NCBI GenBank assembly: GCA_035519555.1
Contig: DATIWG010000096.1
Coordinates: 18,794-82,793 of the forward strand
Direction: 5' to 3'
Length of the DNA: 64,000 bases
From: Nitrosotalea sp.
GTDB lineage: Bacteria > Methylomirabilota > Methylomirabilia > Rokubacteriales > CSP1-6
The notes under the pieces are model-generated. The model worked only from the letters and a program-made list of their open reading frames with translations, had not been told where the DNA came from and searched no databases. Positions 18,411 through 28,022 of this stretch are shown one piece after another; the stretch's first letter is position 1, and each line of letters opens with the position of its first letter. The translations under genes and the position numbers were made by a program.

Positions 18411-20672
18411 CTACTTACCCCGTTTCTGGAGGTATTCGGGGCCGACGAGGATCTCGCGCGGCTTGGCGCCCTGCCCCGGCCCGATGATGCGATCCTGCTC
18501 CATCATGTCGATGAAGCGCGCCGCCTTGGGGTAGCCCAGGCCCAGGCGCCGCTGCAGGAACGAGATCGACGCGGCCCGCTGCGCGATGACGAGATTGACC
18601 GCGTCCCAGTAGATGTCGTCGCGATCTTCTCCGCCCCCGCCCCCGGCGGCCTCCTCCGATGGCAGCTCCACGTGCTCGTAGACCGCCGAGCCCTGCGTGC
18701 GCAGGAACTCGCAGATGGCCTTCACTTCCTTGTCGGAGACCCACGAGCCGTGCACCCGCATCTGACGGCTCGCCCCCGGCGGCACGAAGATCATGTCGCC
18801 GCGGCCCAGGAGCTGCTCGGCCCCGTTGGCGTCGAGGACCGTCCGGGAGTCCACCTTCGAGGCCACCTGGAAGGCGATGCGGGTCGGGAAGTTGGCCTTG
18901 ATGAGGCCGGTCACCACGTCGACCGAGGGCCGCTGCGTCGCGATGATCAGATGAATCCCCACCGCGCGGGCGATCTGGGCCAGGCGGATCAGCGAGTTCT
19001 GCACCTCGCCCGCCGAGACCATCATGAGGTCGGCGAGCTCGTCGACCACCACCACCCAGTACGGCAGCCGCTCCTCGGGCGGCACTTCCTTGTTGTACCC
19101 CTCGATGTTGCGCACCGCCTTGGCCTGCAGCTGCTTGTAGCGGGCGTCCATCTTGCCCACGATCCACTTGAGCCGCGCCGACGCCTCCTTGGCGTCGGTC
19201 ACGACGGGGGCGAGCAGGTGCGGGATCTTCTCGTACACGCCGAGCTCGAGGCGCTTGGGGTCGATCAGCAGGAACCGGACGTCGGCGGGGGTGGCCTTGT
19301 AGAGCAGCGAGCAAATCATGGTGTTGAGCCCGACCGACTTGCCGCTGCCGGTGGAGCCGGCGATGAGCAGGTGCGGCATCGACGCCAGGTCCGCGATCAC
19401 CGAGTTGCCGGTGGTGTCCTTGCCGAGAGCCAGGGGCAGGCGCCCCTTGGTCGTGACGAACTCCTGGCTCACCAGGATCTCGCGCAGGTACACCGTGGTC
19501 GTCTCCGGGTTCGGCACCTCGACCGCGACGGTGCCGCGTCCCGGGATCGGCCCGATGATCCGGACCGCCGCCACCTTCATGGCGAGGGCGAGGTCGTCGG
19601 CCAGGTTCACGACCTGGCTCACCTTCACCCCCGACGCCGGCTCGAACTCGTACGACGTGATGACCGGCCCCGGGCTGGCCTGCACGATGTGGCCGTCCAC
19701 CCCGAAGTCGTGGAGCTTCTTCTTGAGCGTCTGCGCGTTGGTCTCGAGCTCCTCGCGCGTGCGCGAGAGCGACGAGGCGGGCGGCGCGGCCAGCAGGCCG
19801 ACCGCGGGCAGCTTGAACGCCTCCGCGCCGCCCTTGCCGAAATCGAACGTCTCCTGCCAGGCGAGACCCTTCTCGGCGAGGCCGGACTTGGCCCGGGGCG
19901 GCTCCTTCACCACGAGCTTGGGCGGCACTTCCGCCTCGGTGGCCGGCCAGCCGCCCGGCGGCACCGCGGCCATCAGGGGCAGGTCGGCCGGGGCCGCGGA
20001 CTGGCTGCGGCCCTTCCGGACCTCCGGCCCGCGTGCGCGCCCGAAGCGGGCCCGGAGCATGCGCGAGAGCACACCGTACGGGATGCGGGTGACGAACAGC
20101 ACCCCGAGCGGAATCAGGGCCAGGAGGATAATCCACGTGCCCACGGTGCCGATCGAGAGCCGCAGCGCCTCCGACACCGCCCAGCCCACGAGCCCGCCCT
20201 TGTGCAGGCGATACTGGCCGAGCGTGTCCGAGGCGCGGGCCAGGATGCCGGTGGCGCTGACGAGCAGGATCGCGAGCCCCACGCCGGCCTGCCAGCCGTG
20301 GGCGACGCGTGGACGCACGAACGCCGAGACTCCGTAGAGGGCGAGGAGCACCGGGAACAGATAGCCGCCGTATCCAAAGGCGTGGAACGAAGCCCAGCCG
20401 AGCCAGCCTCCGACCGGCCCCACCGGGCTGGACTGGTCGAGCGGATGCAGCGTCGGATCGTAGGCATACAGCGCCACGAAGCCGAAGCCGGCGAGGGCCA
20501 GGGCCAGGATGCCCTTGGCCTCGCGCACCCAGCGGCCGGGCTCTCCCTTGGGCTTGCGCGCCGCCGGCCGACGCCGCGCCGCGCCGTCGCGGGGGACATC
20601 ACGCGGGCCGTGACCGTTCTGGTCCGGCGTCTTGTCCGGCAGCATCTTCTCGATCGTCACCTTCTCGGGCAT
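18411..20672 (-). CDS. ftsK: DNA translocase FtsK/SpoIIIE
   Basis: Four N-terminal TM helices, a Pro/Ala linker, motor domain with Walker A GSTGSGKS and VVVDELADLM, and a gamma domain (winged helix) ISFLQRRLGLGYPKAARFID. ATG 20672 overlaps the rnj stop by 1 nt. Confidence 0.9.
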   Translation of the reverse strand: MPEKVTIEKMLPDKTPDQNGHGPRDVPRDGAARRRPAARKPKGEPGRWVREAKGILALALAGFGFVALYAYDPTLHPLDQSSPVGPVGGWLGWASFHAFGYGGYLFPVLLALYGVSAFVRPRVAHGWQAGVGLAILLVSATGILARASDTLGQYRLHKGGLVGWAVSEALRLSIGTVGTWIILLALIPLGVLFVTRIPYGVLSRMLRARFGRARGPEVRKGRSQSAAPADLPLMAAVPPGGWPATEAEVPPKLVVKEPPRAKSGLAEKGLAWQETFDFGKGGAEAFKLPAVGLLAAPPASSLSRTREELETNAQTLKKKLHDFGVDGHIVQASPGPVITSYEFEPASGVKVSQVVNLADDLALAMKVAAVRIIGPIPGRGTVAVEVPNPETTTVYLREILVSQEFVTTKGRLPLALGKDTTGNSVIADLASMPHLLIAGSTGSGKSVGLNTMICSLLYKATPADVRFLLIDPKRLELGVYEKIPHLLAPVVTDAKEASARLKWIVGKMDARYKQLQAKAVRNIEGYNKEVPPEERLPYWVVVVDELADLMMVSAGEVQNSLIRLAQIARAVGIHLIIATQRPSVDVVTGLIKANFPTRIAFQVASKVDSRTVLDANGAEQLLGRGDMIFVPPGASRQMRVHGSWVSDKEVKAICEFLRTQGSAVYEHVELPSEEAAGGGGGEDRDDIYWDAVNLVIAQRAASISFLQRRLGLGYPKAARFIDMMEQDRIIGPGQGAKPREILVGPEYLQKRGK

Positions 20673-22375
20673 CACACCTCCAGGATCACGGGCAGCACCA
20701 CCGGCTTGCGCTGGAACCGCTGGTTGATGAACCGGCGCACCGCACTGCGCACCATGGCGCCCACCAGCTCGCGGTCGAAGACCTCGGGCTCCTGCCGGGA
20801 GGCCAGGGCATCCCGCACCGCTCCCTTCACCTCGTCCATCAGCGCGTCGGCTTCCTTCATGTAGACGAACCCGCGCGAGGCGATCTCGGGTCCCGCCACG
20901 ATCGACCCCGTGATGCGGTCGATGGTGAGCGCGATCACGACCATCCCCGCCTCGGCCAGCAGCTGGCGGTCGCGGAGCACCACGCTGCCCACGTCGCCCA
21001 CACCCTTGCCGTCCACCAGCACCGGCCCCGCCGGGTACGGGCCGAGCACGCGCGCGCCCGACGCGGTGACCTCGAGGCCGAGACCATCCTCGATCAGGAA
21101 GATGCGATCCTTCGGGATGCCCACGCCCTCGGCCAGCCGCGCGTGCTGCAGCAGGTGGCGGTACTCGCCGTGCACCGGCATGAAGTAGCGCGGCCGGGTG
21201 AGCGCGAGCATCTCCTTGAGGTCCTCCTGGCTCGCGTGGCCCGAGACGTGGACGAACGCGACGTCCTCCCACAGGACCTCCGCCCCCCGGCGCAGGAGCG
21301 AGTTGATCACGCGGCCGAGCACGCGCTCGTTGCCCGGAATCACGCGCGACGAGAAGATCACGAGGTCGCCCGGACCCGCCTGCACGTACTTGTGCTCGCC
21401 CGCCGCGATCAGGGAGAGCGCCGAGTTGGGCTCGCCCTGGCTGCCGGTCGAGAGGATCACCTGGCGCTGCGCGGGCAGCTCGGCCAGGTCCTCCAGCGGC
21501 ATGATCGAGCCCTCCGGGATCCGGAGGTAGCCGAGCTCGGCGGCCACCGCGACGTTGGCAACCATGCTGCGCCCGAGCAGGGCGACGCGTCGATCGGACC
21601 GGGCCGCGAGGTCCAGCACCTGCTGGATCCGGTGGATGTGCGAGGCGAACGTGGCCACGATGATGCGGCCGGAGGCTTCCGCGAAGCGCCCGCCCAGGGC
21701 CTGGCCGACCTCGGTCTCGGAGCCGGTGCGCCCGGGCCGGCCCACGTTGGTCGAGTCCGAGCAGAGCGCGAGCACGCCCCGCTCGCCGAGCGCGGCGAAG
21801 CGCGAGTAGTCCGGCTGCTGGCGGTCCACCGGACGCGGGTCGAGCTTGAAGTCGCCGGTGTGGACCACGGTGCCGATCGGCGTCTCGATGGCCAGCCCGA
21901 TGCCGTCGGCGATCGAGTGGGTCACCCGGATCGGCTCCACCGTGAATCCGCCGATGACGATGCGATCTCCCGGCGCGTACGGACGCATGTCGGCCTGCTC
22001 GAGCAGTCCGTTCTCGGCCAGGCGGTGCCGGGCGATCGCGAGCGTGAGCGGCGTGCCGTAGACCGGAACCGGGAGCTCGCGCAGCAGGTACGAGAGCGCG
22101 CCGATGTGGTCCTCGTGACCGTGCGTGAGCACCACCGCGCGGAACGCCTCGCGGTGCTCCCGCAGGTACGTGAAGTCCGGGATGGCGAAGTCCACGCCCG
22201 GCATCTCGTCATCCGGGAAGAGCAGGCCGCAGTCCACCGCCACGATGTCGGGCCCGCTCTCCACGAGCATCATGTTGAGGCCGATCTCCCCCAGGCCCCC
22301 CAGGGGAACGAGGCGCACCGCGGGCTCGGTGGGCACATCGATGGGAAGGGGCTCTGGCCTGTAAGTGGTGTTCAC
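20672..22375 (-). CDS. rnj: ribonuclease J (metallo-beta-lactamase/beta-CASP)
   Basis: LGGLGEIGLNMMLVE, HGHEDHIGAL, and beta-CASP motifs through HVSGHASQEDL. Confidence 0.9.
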   Translation of the reverse strand: MNTTYRPEPLPIDVPTEPAVRLVPLGGLGEIGLNMMLVESGPDIVAVDCGLLFPDDEMPGVDFAIPDFTYLREHREAFRAVVLTHGHEDHIGALSYLLRELPVPVYGTPLTLAIARHRLAENGLLEQADMRPYAPGDRIVIGGFTVEPIRVTHSIADGIGLAIETPIGTVVHTGDFKLDPRPVDRQQPDYSRFAALGERGVLALCSDSTNVGRPGRTGSETEVGQALGGRFAEASGRIIVATFASHIHRIQQVLDLAARSDRRVALLGRSMVANVAVAAELGYLRIPEGSIMPLEDLAELPAQRQVILSTGSQGEPNSALSLIAAGEHKYVQAGPGDLVIFSSRVIPGNERVLGRVINSLLRRGAEVLWEDVAFVHVSGHASQEDLKEMLALTRPRYFMPVHGEYRHLLQHARLAEGVGIPKDRIFLIEDGLGLEVTASGARVLGPYPAGPVLVDGKGVGDVGSVVLRDRQLLAEAGMVVIALTIDRITGSIVAGPEIASRGFVYMKEADALMDEVKGAVRDALASRQEPEVFDRELVGAMVRSAVRRFINQRFQRKPVVLPVILEV

Positions 22376-22387
22376 GGCGGCTTTTTC

Positions 22388-22396
22388 ATCCTACCA
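22388..22396 (-). promoter_or_regulatory. extended -10-like box TGGTAGGAT, 12 nt upstream of rnj GTG
   Basis: The minus strand reads GATGGTAGGATgaaaaagccgccGTG. The 11-mer GATGGTAGGAT is identical to the one in front of glnS. Confidence 0.3.
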
Positions 22397-22430
22397 TCGG
22401 GCCCGGGCCAGCCCAAGGAACGGGGAGGCT

Positions 22431-23306
22431 CTAGCGCAGCTCCGAAGGGTCGGGGCTGGAGGCGAGCCGGGCGAACTCGGCCAGCGACAGAGTCTCGGCG
22501 CGCCGGCCGGGATCGATGCCGGCGTCCTCCGCCAGACGCCGGGCTCGCTCGGCCGAGATGGCCAGTCCCGCGGCCAGCGCATTGGCCAGGCTCTTCCGCC
22601 GCTGGCTGAAGGCGGCGCGGACCACCGCCCCGAATCGGGCGGGATCGGGGATCGGGACCGGCGGCTCGCGGTGGGGCTTCAGGTGGATCACCGCGGAGTC
22701 CACCTGGGGCGGCGGGCTGAAAGCGCCCGGGGGCACCGAGAAGGCCAGCTCCACCGCGGCGGCGGCCTGGGTCAGCACTGACAGTGCGCCGTAGGTCTTG
22801 CCGCCCGGGGCCGCAGCGACTCGTTGGGCGACCTCCTTCTGGAGCATCAGCGCCATCTCGTCGATCAGGGGCCCGCTCGCGACCAGGGCCGCCAGGATCG
22901 GCTTGCCCACGCTGTACGGCAGGTTGCCGACCACGAGCACGCGGCCACCCGGATCGGGCACGAGTGCGCGCAGGCCCGCCGCCTCGAACCGGCGGGCGTC
23001 GGCCTGGCGGATCTCGACGTGGGACGACCGCGCGAACCGACCCTGCAGGGCCGCCGCCAGCTCGGCGTCGATCTCGAGGGCGAGGACGCGGCCGGCGCGC
23101 GAGGCCAGCGCCTCGGTCAGCGCGCCGCGACCGGGTCCGATCTCGACGACCAGATCGTGCGCGACCGGCCGCACCAGCGCCAGGATGCGGTCGACGACGG
23201 ACCGATCGCGGAGAAAGTGCTGGCCCAGGGCCCGGGTGCGCCCGCGGCTGGCCGGACGCCGGATCGGCACGCGCGCGGTGGCGCGCGCGTTCCGCCGTGG
23301 GCTCAC
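22431..23306 (-). CDS. rsmA: 16S rRNA (adenine1518/1519-N6)-dimethyltransferase
   Basis: LGQHFLRDRSVVDRIL, SAM motif VVEIGPGRGALT, and NLPYSV. Confidence 0.9.
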   Translation of the reverse strand: MSPRRNARATARVPIRRPASRGRTRALGQHFLRDRSVVDRILALVRPVAHDLVVEIGPGRGALTEALASRAGRVLALEIDAELAAALQGRFARSSHVEIRQADARRFEAAGLRALVPDPGGRVLVVGNLPYSVGKPILAALVASGPLIDEMALMLQKEVAQRVAAAPGGKTYGALSVLTQAAAAVELAFSVPPGAFSPPPQVDSAVIHLKPHREPPVPIPDPARFGAVVRAAFSQRRKSLANALAAGLAISAERARRLAEDAGIDPGRRAETLSLAEFARLASSPDPSELR

Positions 23307-23938
23307 CGCGGGCGCGCCTGGCGCGCGCGCAGGTCCTGGAGGAGGGAGCGGTAGACTTCGCGCACGCGGACCTCGGTCTGCTCGCGCGTGCCCGAATTGT
23401 CGATCACGTAGTCGGCGTAGCGCGCCTTGATCGCCAGCGGCATCTGGCTCGCGATGCGGGCCCGCGCCACTTCCTCGGTGCAGCCGTCGCGCTCCACCAG
23501 CCGACGAAGCTGGGTGGCCGGGTCGGTGGTCACCACCACCACCCGGTCCATGTTCTTGGTGCCGCCGGACTCGACGAGCAGGGCCGCGTCCCAGATCAAG
23601 AGACCGTCGAAGCCGACCCGCTCGAGGTCGGCCATGATCTGCTCGAAGCGCCTGCGGATCGCGGGGTGGGTGATCGCCTCCAGGCGCTTCCGCTTGGCCG
23701 CGTCGGGAAACACGATCTCGCCCAGCCGGGCGCGGTCCAGACGCCCGTCGGGTCGGAGCACCTCTCGGCCGAACTCCGCCACGACCTGCGCGTAGGCCGG
23801 CGTGCCCGGCTCCACCACCTCTCGGGCCAGGGCGTCGGCGTCGACCACCCGCACGCTCGGCCCCGCGAGCAGCGCGTTGACGGTGCTCTTGCCGGTGGCG
23901 ATGCCCCCGGTGAGGCCGACGAGCAGGAAGCGCCTCAT
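23303..23938 (-). CDS. coaE: dephospho-CoA kinase
   Basis: P-loop LVGLTGGIATGKST and a DADALAREVV core. The start overlaps the polA stop. Confidence 0.9.
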   Translation of the reverse strand: MRRFLLVGLTGGIATGKSTVNALLAGPSVRVVDADALAREVVEPGTPAYAQVVAEFGREVLRPDGRLDRARLGEIVFPDAAKRKRLEAITHPAIRRRFEQIMADLERVGFDGLLIWDAALLVESGGTKNMDRVVVVTTDPATQLRRLVERDGCTEEVARARIASQMPLAIKARYADYVIDNSGTREQTEVRVREVYRSLLQDLRARQARPR

Positions 23939-26571
23939 ACCGCCGCCCAGTCGTCGCCCACCTTGACGTCGACCTTCAGCGGCACATCGAGCGCGAGGGC
24001 CGACTCCATGACGGAGGTGGCGACCGCGCGGAGCCGGTCGACTTCCGCCGCCGGCGCCTCGAACAGGAGCTCGTCGTGCACCTGCAGCAGCATGCGGCTC
24101 TGCAGGCGGTGGGCCCGCAGCTGCTCGGCCATGCGGACCATCGCGATCTTCACGAGGTCCGCGGCGGTGCCCTGGATCGGGGCGTTGGTGGCCATGCGCT
24201 CGCCGAACCCTCGCAGATTGGGGTTGCCGCTGCGGAGCTCGGGCAGATACCGCCGCCGACCCAGCAGCGTGGTGACGAAGCCCCGCTCGCGGGCCTCCGC
24301 GACGGTGCGCGCCAGATAGGTCTTCACCTTGGGATGCCGCGCGAAGAAGCGGTCGAGGAACTCCTGGGCCTGCTTGGTCGAGATGTCGAGGCCCCGGGAG
24401 AGACCGAAGGCGGTCACCCCGTAGATCACCGAGAAGTTCGTGGTCTTGGCGATGTCGCGCTGCTCGGGGGTCACCGCATCCAGGGCGACGCCGAAGACCT
24501 CCGAGGCGGTCCGCGCATGGATGTCCTCACCGCGCCGGAACGCCTCGACCAAGCTCTCCTCGCCGGAGACGTGGGCCAGGATGCGCAGCTCGATCTGCGA
24601 GTAGTCGGCGGCCACGAAGCGCCAGCCGGGCTCGGGCACGAAGGCGGCACGGATGCGGCGGCCCAGCTCGGTCCGCACCGGAATGTTCTGCAAGTTCGGC
24701 GCCGAAGAGCTCAAGCGTCCGGTCGCGGCCACGAGCTGGTTGAACGAGGTGTGGATGCGATCGGTGACGGAATTCACCAGGGTGGGCAGCGCGTCGGCGT
24801 AGGTGGACTTGAGCTTGGCCAGCGTGCGGTGCTCGATGATGCGCGCGGGCAGCTCGTGGCCGAGGGCGAGCTGCTCGAGCACGTCGGCGTCGGTCGAGTA
24901 GCCGGTCTTGGTCCGCTTCACCGGCGGCAGCTTGAGCTTCTCGAACAGGATGTAGGCGAGCTGCTTCGGGGAGCCGATGTTGAACTCTTCCCCCGCCAGG
25001 CCGTATATCTCGCGAGTGGTCCGCTCGAGATGCACCTCCAGCTCGCGCGAGAACTCGCCCAGCCGCGCCTGGTCCACCCGGATGCCGTGGCGCTCCATCT
25101 CGGCCAGCACCGCGATCAGCGGCCGCTCGACGTCCTCGTAGAGGCCCTTGAGCCCGACCTCCGCGAGCGCGCGCGGGGCCATCGCCCAGAGATCGCCGAC
25201 CCAGCGCGCCCGAGTCCCCGGCCGCGCGATGCCCGGACCTTCCCCGAGGAGCTCGGCGCACACTTCCTCGAGCTTGTAGTTGGTGCGCGCAGGATTGAGC
25301 AGGTAGGCCGCGACCGCGGTGTCCTCGTGCGCGGGCAGCGCGCCGCCGCGGGCCAGCCACCACTCGATGAGCGGCTTCACGTCGTGGCCGATCAGCGTCC
25401 GCCCCTGCAAGCCCTCCACGATCCACCGAAAACGATCGTCCGCGGACCGGGGGAGTGCGGGGGCCGCTTGGCGAGCCGCAGCCGAAGGCGAGGCGAGCGG
25501 ATCTGAGGTCGGGCCCCCGCATACCAATAGAGCCGCTCCCGCAGCCGCGTGATACAGCCCGATCGTGGAAAGCGGCGGATCGGGCGGCGTAGCCTCCCCC
25601 ACCCACTCCACCGCGAGCGGCTCGCCCGCCGGGATCGAGGCCAGATAGCGGGCGAGACCCTCCCCGTCGGCGAGCGTCGGAACGTCGCCGCCACCGACCT
25701 CCGGCGCCGGCTGCGCGGGAAGCTGGCGCAGCAACGTGTAGAACTCCATCTCGGTCCACAGCGCGCGCAGCTTCGCCCAGTCGGGCTCCCGGCGCCGGAA
25801 CGCCTCGAGGTCCAGCGTGATCGGCACCCGGGTGCTCACGGTCGCCAGCTCGCGCGAGAGCAGGGCTTGCTTGCGGTTGGCCGCGAGCGTCTCCCGGAGC
25901 TTGCCGGGCACGAGCGACAGGTTCTCGTACAGACGCTCCACGCCACCGAACTGGCCGATCAGCTTGGCCGCGGTCTTCTCGCCCACCCCGGGCACGCCGG
26001 GGATGTTGTCGATGGAGTCGCCCATCAAGGCCAGGATGTCCGGGATCTGGGCGGGCTCGACGCCCCACTTGGCCTTGACCGCCGCCTCGTCGTAGACCAC
26101 CCGGTCGCCGCCCCGCCCGGTGGTCGAGAACACGCGCACGCGCGGGCTCACGAGCTGGAGCATGTCCTTGTCGGAGGTCACCAGGACCACCTCGAGCTGC
26201 AGGTCGCGCACCTGCTCCACGATCGTTCCCAGCACGTCGTCGGCCTCGAAGCCCGGCACCTCCAGCACCGGCACCTGGAGCGCGTCGAAGAGCGTCTTCA
26301 CGTAGGGGATCTGGCTACGGAGATCGTCCGGGGTCGGAGCCCGCGTCTCCTTGTAGCTGGCGAACCGATCCTCGCGGAACGTCTTGCCGGGCGGATCCCA
26401 GGCGACCGCGAAGTAGTCCGGCGTGTCCTCCCGCAGGAGCTTCCAGAGCATCGTGGACATGCCGAACACGGCGTGGCTAGGCACCCCCCGCGAGGTAGAG
26501 AGAAAGGGCAGCGCGTGGTAAGCGCGAAAAAGGAAACCGGGTCCATCGAGGACGAAGAGCCGTTCGGTCAT
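23935..26571 (-). CDS. polA: DNA polymerase I
   Basis: 5'-nuclease domain ([16 protein letters not shown]), a vestigial 3'-5' exo region, and polymerase motifs [12 protein letters not shown], RRxxKTxNFSVIYG and QVHDELLFE. Confidence 0.95.
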   Translation of the reverse strand: MTERLFVLDGPGFLFRAYHALPFLSTSRGVPSHAVFGMSTMLWKLLREDTPDYFAVAWDPPGKTFREDRFASYKETRAPTPDDLRSQIPYVKTLFDALQVPVLEVPGFEADDVLGTIVEQVRDLQLEVVLVTSDKDMLQLVSPRVRVFSTTGRGGDRVVYDEAAVKAKWGVEPAQIPDILALMGDSIDNIPGVPGVGEKTAAKLIGQFGGVERLYENLSLVPGKLRETLAANRKQALLSRELATVSTRVPITLDLEAFRRREPDWAKLRALWTEMEFYTLLRQLPAQPAPEVGGGDVPTLADGEGLARYLASIPAGEPLAVEWVGEATPPDPPLSTIGLYHAAAGAALLVCGGPTSDPLASPSAAARQAAPALPRSADDRFRWIVEGLQGRTLIGHDVKPLIEWWLARGGALPAHEDTAVAAYLLNPARTNYKLEEVCAELLGEGPGIARPGTRARWVGDLWAMAPRALAEVGLKGLYEDVERPLIAVLAEMERHGIRVDQARLGEFSRELEVHLERTTREIYGLAGEEFNIGSPKQLAYILFEKLKLPPVKRTKTGYSTDADVLEQLALGHELPARIIEHRTLAKLKSTYADALPTLVNSVTDRIHTSFNQLVAATGRLSSSAPNLQNIPVRTELGRRIRAAFVPEPGWRFVAADYSQIELRILAHVSGEESLVEAFRRGEDIHARTASEVFGVALDAVTPEQRDIAKTTNFSVIYGVTAFGLSRGLDISTKQAQEFLDRFFARHPKVKTYLARTVAEARERGFVTTLLGRRRYLPELRSGNPNLRGFGERMATNAPIQGTAADLVKIAMVRMAEQLRAHRLQSRMLLQVHDELLFEAPAAEVDRLRAVATSVMESALALDVPLKVDVKVGDDWAAV
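25449..25534. repeat. 86-nt composite copy of the GC-hairpin repeat, inside polA
   Basis: The left arm GGGGGAGTGCGGGGGCC is identical to the copy at 31099. The right arm is GGGCCCCCGCAT...AGAGCC. The 6-nt loop is replaced by a 46-nt insert containing GCCGAAGGCGAGGCGAGC (25481-25498). Confidence 0.7.
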
Positions 26572-26685
26572 GCGGGCACGACGCGATCATACACCGGGGG
26601 GCGCAACGTTTTCCTCGACAGAGGTCGGGGGCGCCGTCTACGTTTGGCGCAGCGGGATCGCGATCACACGGTGAGGAGAGTAGCG

Positions 26686-27981
26686 GTGACGGGAGATCGA
26701 TTCCTGGTGGAGGGCGGCCACCCGCTGCGCGGGGTGGTGACGCCGGCCGGAAACAAGAACGAGGCCCTGCCGGTGCTCGCGGCCTGCCTGCTCGTGAAGG
26801 GCGAGGTGGTCGTCGACAACGTGCCGCGCATCCGGGACGTGGCTGCGCTCCTCGAAGGGCTGCGCCATCTAGGGGTGCAGGTCGCGCTCGACGGTCACGG
26901 CACGGCGCGCCTGGACGCGAGCCGCTTGACGGGCCACGATCCCGATCCGGCGGTCATGTCGCGGCTCCGCGGCTCGGTGCTGCTGGCGCCCGGACTGCTC
27001 GCGCGGACCGGCCGGGCCGTCCTTCCCCCACCCGGGGGCGACCGGATCGGCCGGCGGCGGCTCGACACCCACCTGCTCGCCCTGACCGGGCTGGGCGCCC
27101 GGGTCGAGGCCGGCCCCGCGCTCCACCTGACGCTCGACGGCCGCTTCCGGGGTGCCGAGATCTTCCTCGACGAGATGAGCGTGACCGCGACCGAGAACGC
27201 GGTGATGGCGGCCACCCTGGGCGACGGAACGACCCGCATCCTGAACGCGGCCAGCGAGCCCCACGTCCAGGGGCTGTGCCGGTTCCTCAATGCCCTGGGC
27301 GCCCGGATCAGCGGGATCGGCACCAACCAGCTGCGCATCGAGGGCGTGCCCGAGCTCGCCCCGGGCCGGCACCGCCTGGGTCCCGACCACATCGAGATCG
27401 GCTCCTTCGTGGCCCTGGCCGCGATGACCGGCGGCGAGCTCCGCATCCGCGACGTGGTGCCCGACGACCTGCGGATGATTCGGCTCGCGTACCAGCGTCT
27501 CGGCGTCGAGACCTCGGTCGAGGGCACGACGCTCGTCGTCCCCGGCCCGCAAGAGCTCCGGGTGGCCGCCGACGCCGACGGCGCCATCCCCAAGGTGGAC
27601 GACGCCCCCTGGCCCGGCTTCCCCGCCGACCTCACGTCGCTCGCGCTGGTGCTCGCCACCCAGAGCCGCGGGACCGTGCTCATCCACGAGAAGCTGTTCG
27701 AGAGCCGGCTCTTCTTCGTGGACAGCCTCATCGCGATGGGGGCGCGGATCGTGCTGTGCGATCCCCACCGGGCGGTGGTGGTCGGCCCCAGCGAGCTGCG
27801 GGGCGCCCCGATCGTCTCCCCCGACATCCGCGCCGGCATGGCGCTCATCGGGGCCGCGCTCTGCGCCCGCGGGACGTCGGTGATCATGAACGCGCACCAG
27901 GTGGACCGCGGCTACGAGCGAATCGACGAGCGCCTCCTCGCGCTCGGCGCGCGCATCACGCGCGACGCCGGCGCGTGCTAG
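26686..27981 (+). CDS. murA: UDP-N-acetylglucosamine 1-carboxyvinyltransferase
   Basis: GTG 26686 follows GAGGAG. N-terminus [31 protein letters not shown]. It is the tail of ORF 25549-27981; the upstream part is antisense to polA and not coding. Confidence 0.9.
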   Translation: MTGDRFLVEGGHPLRGVVTPAGNKNEALPVLAACLLVKGEVVVDNVPRIRDVAALLEGLRHLGVQVALDGHGTARLDASRLTGHDPDPAVMSRLRGSVLLAPGLLARTGRAVLPPPGGDRIGRRRLDTHLLALTGLGARVEAGPALHLTLDGRFRGAEIFLDEMSVTATENAVMAATLGDGTTRILNAASEPHVQGLCRFLNALGARISGIGTNQLRIEGVPELAPGRHRLGPDHIEIGSFVALAAMTGGELRIRDVVPDDLRMIRLAYQRLGVETSVEGTTLVVPGPQELRVAADADGAIPKVDDAPWPGFPADLTSLALVLATQSRGTVLIHEKLFESRLFFVDSLIAMGARIVLCDPHRAVVVGPSELRGAPIVSPDIRAGMALIGAALCARGTSVIMNAHQVDRGYERIDERLLALGARITRDAGAC

Positions 27982-28022
27982 GCGGGGGCTCAGGCGGGAA
28001 CCACGATCGAAGAGCGCGCGCA

